This document shows, in pieces, positions 39,701 to 52,300 of a DNA stretch of 64,000 bases. The stretch's first letter is position 1. Every line of letters begins with the position of its first letter. Position numbers and translations under genes: made by a program. The notes under the pieces were generated by a model. The model saw only the letters and a program-made list of their open reading frames with translations. It was not told the origin of the DNA and ran no database searches. Origin of the DNA: Eledone cirrhosa. Taxonomy: Eukaryota. The stretch is taken from assembly GCA_964016885.1 (NCBI GenBank), contig CAXHJY010000392.1, forward strand, positions 31,001 to 95,000, in the 5' to 3' direction.

Positions 39701-42700
39701 GTCTTCCCTCAAAACATCGTTCTTCACCAAGCTATCTTTCTCTACCTTGTCTTCCCCCAAAACTTCGTTCTTCACCAAGCTATCTTTCTCTACCTTGTCT
39801 TCTCCCAAAACTTCGTTATTCACCAAGCTATCTTTCTCTACCTTGTCTTCCCTCAAAACTTCGTTCTTCACCAAGCTATCTTTCTCTACCTTGTCTTCCC
39901 CCAAAACTTCGTTCTTCACCAAGTCATCTTTCTCTACCTTGTCATCCCTCAAAACTTTGTTCTTCACCAATCTATCTTTCTCTACCTTGTCTTCCCCCAA
40001 AACTTCGTTCTTCACCAAGCTATCTTTCTCTAGCTTGTCTTCACACAAAACTTCGTTCTTCACCAAGCTATCTTTCTCTACCTTGTCTTCCCACAAAACG
40101 TCATTCTTCACCAAGCTATCTTTCTCTACCTTGTCTTCCGTCAGAACTTCGTTCTTCACCAAGATATCTTTCTCTACCTTGTCTTCTCCCAAAACTTCGT
40201 TCTTCACCAAGCTATCTTTCTCTACCTTGTCTTCCCTCAGAACTTCGTTCTTCACCAAGCTATCTTTCTCTACCTTGTCTTCCCCGAAAACTTCGTTCTT
40301 CACCAAGCTATCTTTCTCTACATTGTCTTCCCCAAAACTTCGTTCTTCACCAAGCTATCTTTCTCTACCTTGTCTTTCATCAAAACGTCGTTCTTCACCA
40401 AGCTCTCTTTCTCTACCTTGTCTTCCCCCAAAACTTCGTTCTTCGCCAAGCTATCTTTCTCTACCTTGTCTTCCCCCAAAACTTCGTTCTTCACCAAGCT
40501 ATCTTTCTCTACCTTGTCTTCCCACAAAACGTCGTTCTTCACCAAGCTATCTTTCTCTACCTTGTCGTCCCTCAAAACGTCGTTCTTCACCAAGCTATCT
40601 TTCTCTACCTTGTCTTCCCCCAAAACTTCGTTCTTCACCAAGCTATCTTTCTCTACCTTGTCTTCTCCCAAAACTTCGTTATTCACCAAGCTATCTTTCT
40701 CTACCTTGTCTTCCCTCAAAACGTCGTTCTTCACCAAGCTATCTTTCTCTACCTTGTCTTTCATCAAAACGTCGTTCTTCACCAAGCTCTCTTTCTCTAC
40801 CTTGTCTTCCCCCAAAACTTCGTTCTTCACCAAGCTATCTTTCTCTACCTTGTCTTCCCCCAAAACTTCGTTCTTCACCAAGCTATCTTTCTCTACCTTG
40901 TCTTCCCTCAGAACTTCGTTCTTCACCAAGCTATCTTTCTCTACCTTGTCTTCCCCGAAAACTTCGTTCTTCACCAAGCTATCTTTCTCTACCTTGTCTT
41001 CCCACAAAACGTCGTTCTTCACCAAGCTATCTTTCTCTACCTTGTCTTCCCTCAAAACGTCGTTCTTCACCAAGCTATCTTTCTCTACCTTGTCTTCTCT
41101 CAAAACATCGTTCTTCACCAAGCTATCTTTCTCTACCTTGTCTTCCCTCAAAACTTCGTTCTTCACCAAGCTATCTTTCTCTACCTTGTCTTCCCCCAAA
41201 ACTTCGTTCTTCACCAAGCTATCTTTCTCTACCTTGTCTTCTCCCAAAACTTCGTTATTCACCAAGCTATCTTTCTCTACCTTGTCTTCCCTCAAAACTT
41301 CGTTCTTCACCAAGCTATCTTTCTCTACCTTGTCTTCCCCCAAAACTTCGTTCTTCACCAAGTCATCTTTCTCTACCTTGTCATCCCTCAAAACTTTGTT
41401 CTTCACCAATCTATCTTTCTCTACCTTGTCTTCCCCCAAAACTTCGTTCTTCACCAAGCTATCTTTCTCTACCTTGTCTTCCCCCAAAACTTCTTTCTTC
41501 ACCAAGTCATCTTTCTCTACCTTGTCATCCTTCAAAACTTCATTCTTCACCAATCTATCTTTCTCTGCCTTGTCTTCCCCCAAAACTTCGTTCTTCACCA
41601 AGCTATCTTTCTCTACCTTGTCTTCACACAAAACTTCGTTCTTCACCAAGCTATCTTTCTCTACCTTGTCTTCCCACAAAACGTCATTCTTCACCAAGCT
41701 ATCTTTCTCTACCTTGTCTTCCGTCAAAACTTCTTTCTTCACCAAGATATCTTTCTCTACCTTGTCTTCTCCCAAAACTTCGTTCTTCACCAAGCTATCT
41801 TTCTCTACCTTGTCTTCCCCGAAAACTTCGTTCTTCACCAAGCTATCTTTCTCTACATTGTCTTCCCCAAAACTTCGTTCTTCACCAAGCTATCTTTCTC
41901 TACCTTGTCTTTCATCAAAACGTCGTTCTTCACCAAGCTCTCTTTCTCTACCTTGTCTTCCCCCAAAACTTCGTTCTTCGCCAAGCTATCTTTCTCTACC
42001 TTGTCTTCCCCCAAAACTTCGTTCTTCACCAAGCTATCTTTCTCTACCTTGTCTTCCCACAAAACGTCGTTCTTCACCAAGCTATCTTTCTCTACCTTGT
42101 CTTCCCTCAAAACATCGTTCTTCACCAAGCTATCTTTCTCTACCTTGTCTTCCCCCAAAACTTCGTTCTTCACCAAGCTATCTTTCTCTACCTTGTCTTC
42201 TCCCAAAACTTCGTTATTCACCAAGCTATCTTTCTCTACCTTGTCTTCCCTCAAAACTTCGTTCTTCACCAAGCTATCTTTCTCTACCTTGTCTTCCCCC
42301 AAAACTTCGTTCTTCACCAAGTCATCTTTCTCTACCTTGTCATCCCTCAAAACTTTGTTCTTCACCAATCTATCTTTCTCTACCTTGTCTTCCCCCAAAA
42401 CTTCGTTCTTCACCAAGCTATCTTTCTCTAGCTTGTCTTCACACAAAACTTCGTTCTTCACCAAGCTATCTTTCTCTACCTTGTCTTCCCACAAAACGTC
42501 ATTCTTCACCAAGCTATCTTTCTCTACCTTGTCTTCCGTCAGAACTTCGTTCTTCACCAAGATATCTTTCTCTACCTTGTCTTCTCCCAAAACTTCGTTC
42601 TTCACCAAGCTATCTTTCTCTACCTTGTCTTCCCTCAGAACTTCGTTCGTCACCAAGCTATCTTTCTCTACCTTGTCTTCCCCGAAAACTTCGTTCTTCA

Positions 42701-45700
42701 CCAAGCTATCTTTCTCTACATTGTCTTCCCCAAAACTTCGTTCTTCACCAAGCTATCTTTCTCTACCTTGTCTTTCATCAAAACGTCGTTCTTCACCAAG
42801 CTCTCTTTCTCTACCTTGTCTTCCCCCAAAACTTCGTTCTTCGCCAAGCTATCTTTCTCTACCTTGTCTTCCCCCAAAACTTCGTTCTTCACCAAGCTAT
42901 CTTTCTCTACCTTGTCTTCCCACAAAACGTCGTTCTTCACCAAGCTATCTTTCTCTACCTTGTCGTCCCTCAAAACGTCGTTCTTCACCAAGCTATCTTT
43001 CTCTACCTTGTCTTCCCCCAAAACTTCGTTCTTCACCAAGCTATCTTTCTCTACCTTGTCTTCTCCCAAAACTTCGTTATTCACCAAGCTATCTTTCTCT
43101 ACCTTGTCTTCCCTCAAAACGTCGTTCTTCACCAAGCTATCTTTCTCTACCTTGTCTTCCCCCAAAACTTCGTTCTTCACCAAGCTATCTTTCTCTACCT
43201 TGTCTTCCCCTAAAACTTCGTTCTTCACCAAGCTATCTTTCTCTACCTTATCTTCCCCCAAAACTTCGTTCTTCACCAAGCTATCTTTCTCTACCTTGTC
43301 TTCCCCCAAAACTTCGTTCTTCACCAAGCTATCTTTCTCTACCTTGTCTTCCCTCAAAACGTCGTTCTTCACCAAGCTATCTTTCTCTACCTTGTCTTCC
43401 CCCAAAACTTCGTTCTTCACCAAGCTATCTTTCTCTACCTCGTCTTCCCTCAAAACTTCGTTCTTCACCAAGCTATCTTTCTCTACCTTGTCTTCCCACA
43501 AAACGTCATTCTTCACCAAGCAATCTTTCTCTAACTTGTCTTCCCTCAAAACGTCGTTCTTCACCAAGCTATCTTTCTCTACCTTGTCTTCCCCCAAAAC
43601 TTCGTTCTTCACCAAGCTATCTTTCTCTACCTTGTCTTCCCCCAAAACTTCGTTCTTCGCAAGCTATCTTTCTCTACCTTGTCTTCCCCCAAAACTTCGT
43701 TCTTCAGCAAGCTATCTTTCTCTACCTTGTCTTCCCCTAAAACTTCGTTCTTCACCAAGCTATCTTTCTCTACCACGTCTTCCCACAAAACGTCGTTCTT
43801 CACCAAGCTATCTTTCTCTACCTTGTCTTCCCTCAAAACGTCGTTCTTCACCAAGCTATCTTTCTCTACCTTGTCTTCCCTCAAAACATCGTTCTTCACC
43901 AAGCTATCTTTCTCTACCTTGTCTTCCCCCAAAACTTCGTTCTTCACCAAGCTATCTTTCTCTAGCTTGTCTTCACACAAAACTTCGTTCTTCACCAAGC
44001 TATCTTTCTCTACCTTGTCTTCCCACAAAACGTCATTCTTCACCAAGCTATCTTTTTCTACCTTGTCTTCCGTCGAAACTTCGTTCTTCACCAAGATATC
44101 TTTCTCTACCTTGTTTTCTCCCAAAACTTCGTTCTTCACCAAGCTATCTTTCTCTACCTTGTCTTCCCACAAAACGTCATTCTTCACCAAGCTATCTTTC
44201 TCTACCTTGTCTTCCGTCGAAACTTCGTTCTTCACCAAGATATCTTTCTCTACCTTGTTTTCTCCCAAAACTTCGTTCTTCACCAAGCTATCTTTCTCTA
44301 CCTTGTCTTGCCTCAGAACTTCGTTCTTCAACAAGCTATCTTTCTCTACCTTGTCTTCCCTAAAAACGTCGTTCTTCACCAAGCTATCTTTCTCTACCTT
44401 GTCTTCCCTCAAAACATCGTTCTTCACCAAGCTATCTTTCTCTACCTTGTCTTCACACAAAACTTCGTTCTTCACCAAGCTATCTTTCTCTACCTTGTCT
44501 TCCCACAAAACGTCATTCTTCACCAAGCTATCTTTCTCTACCTTGTCTTCCGTCAAAACTTCGTTCTTCACCAAGATATCTTTCTCTACCTTGTCTTCTC
44601 CCAAAACTTCGTTCTTCACCAAGCTATCTTTCTCTACCTTGTCTTCCCTCAGAAATTCGTTCTTCACCAAGCTATCTTTCTCTACCTTGTCTTCCCCCAA
44701 AACGTCGTTCTTCACCAAGCTATCTTTCTCTACATTGTCTTCCCCAAAACTTCGTTCTTCACCAAGCTATCTTTCTCTACCTTGTCTTTCATCAAAACGT
44801 CGTTCTTCACCAAGCTCTCTTTCTCTACCTTGTCTTCCCCCAAAACTTCTTTCTTCACCAAGCTATCTTTCTCTACCTTGAATTCCCCCAAAACTTCGTT
44901 CTTCACCAATCTATCTTTCTCTGCCTTGTCTTCCCCCAAAACTTCGTTCTTCACCAAGCTATCTTTCTCTACCTTGTCTTCACACAAAACTTCGTTCTTC
45001 ACCAAGCTATCTTTCTCTACCTTGTCTTCCCACAAAACGTCATTCTTCACCAAGTTATCTTTCACTACCTTGTCTTCCGTCAAAACTTCTTTCTTCACCA
45101 AGATATCTTTCTCTACCTTGTCTTCTCCCAAAACTTCGTTCTTCACCAAGCTATCTTTCTCTACCTTGTCTTCCCTCAGAACTTCGTTCTTCACCAAGCT
45201 ATCTTTCTCTACCTTGTCTTCCCCGAAAACTTCGTTCTTCACCAAGCTATCTTTCTCTACATTGTCTTCCCCAAAACTTCGTTCTTCACCAAGCTATATT
45301 TCTCTACCTTGTCTTTCATCAAAACGTCGTTCTTCACCAAGCTCTCTTTCTCTACCTTGTCTTCCCCCAAAACTTCGTTCTTCGCCAAGCTATCTTTCTC
45401 TACCTTGTCTTCCCCCAAAACTTCGTTCTTCACCAAGCTATCTTTCTCTACCTTGTCTTCCCACAAAACGTCGTTCTTCACCAAGCTATCTTTCTCTACC
45501 TTGTCTTCCCTCAAAACGTCGTTCTTCACCAAGCTATCTTTCTCTACCTTGTCTTCTCTCAAAACATCGTTCTTCACCAAGCTATCTTTCTCTACCTTGT
45601 CTTCCCTCAAAACTTCGTTCTTCACCAAGCTATCTTTCTCTACCTTGTCTTCCCCCAAAACTTCGTTCTTCACCAAGCTATCTTTCTCTACCTTGTCTTC

Positions 45701-47520
45701 TCCCAAAACTTCGTTATTCACCAAGCTATCTTTCTCTACCTTGTCTTCCCTCAAAACTTCGTTCTTCACCAAGCTATCTTTCTCTACCTTGTCTTCCCCC
45801 AAAACTTCGTTCTTCACCAAGTCATCTTTCTCTACCTTGTCATCCCTCAAAACTTTGTTCTTCACCAATCTATCTTTCTCTACCTTGTCTTCCCCCAAAA
45901 CTTCGTTCTTCACCAAGCTATCTTTCTCTACCTTGTCTTCCCCCAAAACTTCTTTCTTCACCAAGTAATCTTTCTCTACCTTGTCATCCTTCAAAACTTC
46001 ATTCTTCACCAATCTATCTTTCTCTGCCTTGTCTTCCCCCAAAACTTCGTTCTTCACCAAGCTATCTTTCTCTACCTTGTCTTCACACAAAACTTCGTTC
46101 TTCACCAAGCTATCTTTCTCTACCTTGTCTTCCGTCAAAACTTCTTTCTTCACCAAGATATCTTTCTCTACCTTGTCTTCTCCCAAAACTTCGTTCTTCA
46201 CCAAGCTATCTTTCTCTACCTTGTCTTCCCCGAAAACTTCGTTCTTCACCAAGCTATCTTTCTCTACATTGTCTTCCCCAAAACTTCGTTCTTCACCAAG
46301 CTATCTTTCTCTACCTTGTCTTTCATCAAAACGTCGTTCTTCACCAAGCTCTCTTTCTCTACCTTGTCTTCCCCCAAAACTTCGTTCTTCGCCAAGCTAT
46401 CTTTCTCTACCTTGTCTTCCCCCAAAACTTCGTTCTTCACCAAGCTATCTTTCTCTACCTTGTCTTCCCACAAAACGTCGTTCTTCACCAAGCTATCTTT
46501 CTCTACCTTGTCTTCCCTCAAAACGTCGTTCTTCACCAAGCTATCTTTCTCTACCTTGTCTTCCCCCAAAACTTCGTTCTTCACCAAGCTATCTTTCTCT
46601 ACCTTGTCTTCTCCCAAAACTTCGTTATTCACCAAGCTATCTTTCTCTACCTTGTCTTCCCTCAAAACTTCGTTCTTCACCAAGCTATCTTTCTCTACCT
46701 TGTCTTCCCCCAAAACTTCGTTCTTCACCAAGTCATCTTTCTCTACCTTGTCATCCCTCAAAACTTTGTTCTTCACCAATCTATCTTTCTCTACCTTGTC
46801 TTCCCCCAAAACTTCGTTCTTCACCAAGCTATCTTTCTCTAGCTTGTCTTCACACAAAACTTCGTTCTTCACCAAGCTATCTTTCTCTACCTTGTCTTCC
46901 CACAAAACGTCATTCTTCACCAAGCTATCTTTCTCTACCTTGTCTTCCGTCAGAACTTCGTTCTTCACCAAGATATCTTTCTCTACCTTGTCTTCTCCCA
47001 AAACTTCGTTCTTCACCAAGCTATCTTTCTCTACCTTGTCTTCCCTCAGAACTTCGTTCTTCACCAAGCTATCTTTCTCTACCTTGTCTTCCCCGAAAAC
47101 TTCGTTCTTCACCAAGCTATCTTTCTCTACATTGTCTTCCCCAAAACTTCGTTCTTCACCAAGCTATCTTTCTCTACCTTGTCTTTCATCAAAACGTCGT
47201 TCTTCACCAAGCTCTCTTTCTCTACCTTGTCTTCCCCCAAAACTTCGTTCTTCGCCAAGCTATCTTTCTCTACCTTGTCTTCCCCCAAAACTTCGTTCTT
47301 CACCAAGCTATCTTTCTCTACCTTGTCTTCCCACAAAACGTCGTTCTTCACCAAGCTATCTTTCTCTACCTTGTCGTCCCTCAAAACGTCGTTCTTCACC
47401 AAGCTATCTTTCTCTACCTTGTCTTCCCCCAAAACTTCGTTCTTCACCAAGCTATCTTTCTCTACCTTGTCTTCTCCCAAAACTTCGTTATTCACCAAGC
47501 TATCTTTCTCTACCTTGTCT
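36710..47520. repeat. Two dispersed copies (~36,710-40,700 and ~43,600-47,500) of the ~4-kb block also found at ~21,800-25,670
   Basis: ORF offset 14,912 (21810/36722, 22539/37451, 23488/38400, 24543/39455, 25406/40318). Offsets 6,905, 6,857 and 6,809 (36722/43627, 37451/44308, 39455/46264) show successive loss of single monomers. The private variant TTATCTTTCACTACC is at ~38,198 and ~45,055. Confidence 0.88.
38570..43140. repeat. Duplication with 2,398-bp (50-monomer) offset
   Basis: ORF pairs 39455/41853, 40318/42716 and 40370/42768 differ by 2,398 = 50x48-2. Confidence 0.88.
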
Positions 47521-49399
47521 TCCCTCAAAACTTCGTTCTTCACCAAGCTATCTTTCTCTACCTTGTCTTCCACCAAAACTTCGTTCTTCACCAAGTCATC
47601 TTTCTCTACCTTGTCATCCCTCAAAACTTTGTTCTTCACCAATCTATCTTTCTCTACCTTGTCTTCCCCCAAAACTTCGTTCTTCACCAAGCTATCTTTC
47701 TCTAGCTTGTCTTCACACAAAACTTCGTTCTTCACCAAGCTATCTTTCTCTACCTTGTCTTCCCACAAAACGTCATTCTTCACCAAGCTATCTTTCTCTA
47801 CCTTGTCTTCCGTCAAAACTTCGTTCTTCACCAAGATATCTTTGTCTACCTTGTCTCCTCCCAAAACTTCGTTCTTCACCAAGCTATCTTTCTCTACCTT
47901 GTCTTCCCTCAGAACTTCGTTCTTCACCAAGCTATCTTTCTCTACCTTGTCTTCCACCAAAACTTCGTTCTTCACCAAGCTATCTTTCTCTACATTGTCT
48001 TCCCCAAAACTTCGTTCTTCACCAAGCTATTTTTCACGACCTTGTCTTCCCTCAAAACGTCGTTCTTCACCAAGCTATCTTTCTCTACCTTGTCTTCCCC
48101 CAAACTTCGTTCTTCACCAAGCTATCTTTCCCTACCTTGTCTTCCCCCAAAACTTCGTTCTTCACCAAGCTATCTTTCTCTACCTCGTCTTCCCTCAAAA
48201 CTTTGTTCTTCACCAAGCTATCTTTCTCTACCTTGTCTTCCCCCAAAACTTCGTTCTTCACCAAGCTATCTTTCTCTACCTTGTCTTCCCCCAAAACTTC
48301 GTTCTTCACCAAGCTATCTTTCTCTACCTTGTCTTCCCTCAAAACGTCGTTCTTCACCAAGCTATCGTTCTCTACCTTGTCTTCCCCAACACTTCGTTCT
48401 TCACCAAGCTATCTTTCTCTACCTTGTCTTCCCCCAAAACGTCGTTCTTCACCAAGCTATCTTTCTCTACCTCGTCTTCCCTCAAAACTTCGTTCTTCAC
48501 CAAGCTATCTTTCTCTACCTTGTCTTCCCCCAAAACTTCGTTCTTCACCAAGTCATCTTTCTCTACCTTGTCTTCCCTCAAAACTTCGTTCTTCACCAAG
48601 ATATCTTTCTCTACCTTGTCTTCCCCTAAAACTTCGTTCTTCACCAAGCTATCTTTCTCTACCTTGTCTTCCCCCAAAACTTCGTTCTTCACCAAGCTAT
48701 CTTTCTCTACCTTGTCTTCCCCCAAAACTTCGTTCTTCACCAAGCTATCTTTCTCTACCTTGTCTTCCCTCAAAACGTCGTTCTTCACCAAGCTATCTTT
48801 CTCTACCTTGTCTTCCCCCAAAACTTCGTTCTTCACCAAGCTATCTTTCTCTACCTCGTCTTCCCTCAAAACTTCGTTCTTCACCAAGCTATCTTTCTCT
48901 ACCTTGTCTTCCCACAAAACGTCCTTCTTCACCAAGCTATCTTTCTCTAACTTGTCTTCCCTCAAAACGTCGTTCTTCACCAAGCTATCTTTCTCTACCT
49001 TGTCTTCCCCCAAAACTTCGTTCTTCACCAAGCTATCTTTCTCTACCTTGTCTTCCCCCAAAATTTCGTTCTTCAGCAAGCTATCTTTCTCTACCTTGTC
49101 TTCCCACAAGACGTCGTTCTTCACCAAGCTATCTTTCTCTACCTTGTCTTCCCTCAAAACGTCGTTCTTCACCAAGCTATCTTTCTCTACCTTGTCTTCC
49201 CTCAAAACATCGTTCTTCACCAAGCTATCTTTCTCTACCTTGTCTTCTCCCAAAACTTCGTTATTCACCAAGCTATCTTTCTCTACCTTGTCTTCCCTCA
49301 AAACTTCGTTCTTCACCAAGCTATCTTTCTCTACCTTGTCTTCCCCCAAAACTTCGTTCTTCACCAAGCTATCTTTCTCTACCTTGTCTTCCCCCAAAA

Positions 49400-52300
49400 C
49401 TTCGTTATTCACCAAGCTATCTTTCTCTAGCTTGTCTTCACACAAAACTTCGTTCTTCACCAAGCTATCTTTCTCTACCTTGTCTTCCCACAAAACGTCA
49501 TTCTTCACCAAGCTATCTTTCTCTACCTTGTCTTCCGTCGAAATTCGTTCTTCACCAAGATATCTTTCTCTACCTTCTTTTCTCCCAAAACTTCGTTCTT
49601 CACCAAGCTATCTTTCTCTACCTTGTCTTCCCTCAGAACTTCGTTCTTCACCAAGCTATCTTTCTCTACCTTGTCTTCCCTCAAAACTTCGTTCTTCACC
49701 AAGCTATCTTTCTCTACCTTGTCTTCCCCCAAAACTTCGTTCTTCACCAAGCTATCTTTCTCTACCTTGTCTTCCCCCAAAACTTCGTTCTTCACCAAGC
49801 TATCTTTCTCTACCTTGTCTTCCCCCAAAACTTCTTTCTTCACCAAGTCATCTTTCTCTACCTTGTCATCCCTCAAAACTTCGTTCTTCACCAATCTATC
49901 TTTCTCTGCCTTGTCTTCCCCCAAAACTTCGTTCTTCACCAAGCTATCTTTCTCTACCTTGTCTTTACACAAAACTTCGTTCTTCACCAAGCTATCTTTC
50001 TCTACCTTGTCTTCCCACAAAACGTCATTCTTCACCAAGCTATCTTTCTCTACCTTGTCTTCCGTCAAAACTTCGTTCTTCACCAAGATATCTTTCTCTA
50101 CCTTGTCTTCTCCCAAAACTTCGTTCTTCACCAAGCTATCTTTCTCTACCTTGTCTTCCCTCAAAACGTCGTTCTTCACCAAGCTATCTTTCTCTACCTT
50201 GTCTTCCCTCAAAACATCGTTCTTCACCAAGCTATCTTTCTCTACCTTGTCTTCTCCCAAAACTTCGTTATTCACCAAGCTATCTTTCTCTACCTTGTCT
50301 TCCCTCAAAACTTCGTTCTTCACCAAGCTATCTTTCTCTACCTTGTCTTCCCCCAAAACTTCGTTCTTCACCAAGCTATCTTTCTCTACCTTGTCTTCCC
50401 CCAAAACTTCGTTCTTCACCAAGCTATCTTTCTCTAGCTTGTCTTCACACAAAACTTCGTTCTTCACCAAGCTATCTTTCTCTACCTTGTCTTCCCACAA
50501 AACGTCATTCTTCACCAAGCTATCTTTCTCTACCTTGTCTTCCGTCGAAATTCGTTCTTCACCAAGATATCTTTCTCTACCTTGTTTTCTCCCAAAACTT
50601 CGTTCTTCACCAAGCTATCTTTCTCTACCTTGTCTTCCCTCAGAACTTCGTTCTTCACCAAGCTATCTTTCTCTACCTTGTCTTCCCTCAAAACGTCGTT
50701 CTTCACCAAGCTATCTTTCTCTACCTTGTCTTCCCTCAAAACATCGTTCTTCACCAAGCTATCTTTCTCTACCTTGTCTTCTCCCAAAACTTCGTTCTTC
50801 ACCAAGCTATCTTTCTCTACCTTGTCTTCTCCCAAAACTTCGTTATTCACCAAGCTATCTTTCTCTACCTTGTCTTCCGTCAAAACTTCGTTCTTCACCA
50901 AGATATCTTTCTCTACCTTGTCTCCTCCCAAAACTTCGTTCTTCACCAAGCTATCTTTCTCTACCTTGTCTTCCCTCAGAACTTCGTTCTTCACCAAGCT
51001 ATCTTTCTCTACCTTGTCTTCCCCCAAAACTTCGTTCTTCACCAAGCTATCTTTCTCTACATTGTCTTCCCCAAAACTTCGTTCTTCACCAAGCTATTTT
51101 TCACGACCTTGTCTTCCCTCAAAACGTCGTTCTTCACCAAGCTATCTTTCTCTACCTTGTCTTCCCCCAAACTTCGTTCTTCACCAAGCTATCTTTCTCT
51201 ACCTTGTCTTCCCCCAAAACTTCGTTCTTCACCAAGCTATCTTTCTCTACCTCGTCTTCCCTCAACACTTTGTTCTTCACCAAGCTATCTTTCTCTACCT
51301 TGTCTTCCCCCAGAACTTCGTTCTTCACCAAGCTATCTTTCTCTACCTTGTCTTCCCCCAAAACTTCGTTCTTCACCAAGCTATCTTTCTCTACCTTGTC
51401 TTCCCTCAAAACGTCGTTCTTCACCAAGCTATCGTTCTCTACCTTGTCTTCCCCCAAAACTTCGTTCTTCACCAAGCTATCTTTCTCTACCTTGTCTTCC
51501 CCCAAAACGTCGTTCTTCACCAAGCTATCTTTCTCTACCTTGTCTTCCCCCAAAACTTCGTTCTTCACCAAGCTATCTTTCTCTACCTTGTCTTCCCCCA
51601 AAACTTCGTTCTTCACCAAGCTATCTTTCTCTAGCTTGTCTTCACACAAAACTTCGTTCTTCACCAAGCTATCTTTCTCTACCTTGTCTTCCCACAAAAC
51701 GTCATTCTTCACCAAGCTATCTTTCTCTACCTTGTCTTCCGTCGAAATTCGTTCTTCACCAAGATATCTTTCTCTACCTTCTTTTCTCCCAAAACTTCGT
51801 TCTTCACCAAGCTATCTTTCTCTACCTTGTCTTCCCTCAGAACTTCGTTCTTCACCAAGCTATCTTTCTCTACCTTGTCTTCCCTCAAAACTTCGTTCTT
51901 CACCAAGCTATCTTTCTCTACCTTGTCTTCCCCCAAAACTTCGTTCTTCACCAAGCTATCTTTCTCTACCTTGTCTTCCCCCAAAACTTCGTTCTTCACC
52001 AAGCTATCTTTCTCTACCTTGTCTTCCCCCAAAACTTCTTTCTTCACCAAGTCATCTTTCTCTACCTTGTCATCCCTCAAAACTTCGTTCTTCACCAATC
52101 TATCTTTCTCTGCCTTGTCTTCCCCCAAAACTTCGTTCTTCACCAAGCTATCTTTCTCTACCTTGTCTTTACACAAAACTTCGTTCTTCACCAAGCTATC
52201 TTTCTCTACCTTGTCTTCCCACAAAACGTCATTCTTCACCAAGCTATCTTTCTCTACCTTGTCTTCCGTCAAAACTTCGTTCTTCACCAAGATATCTTTC

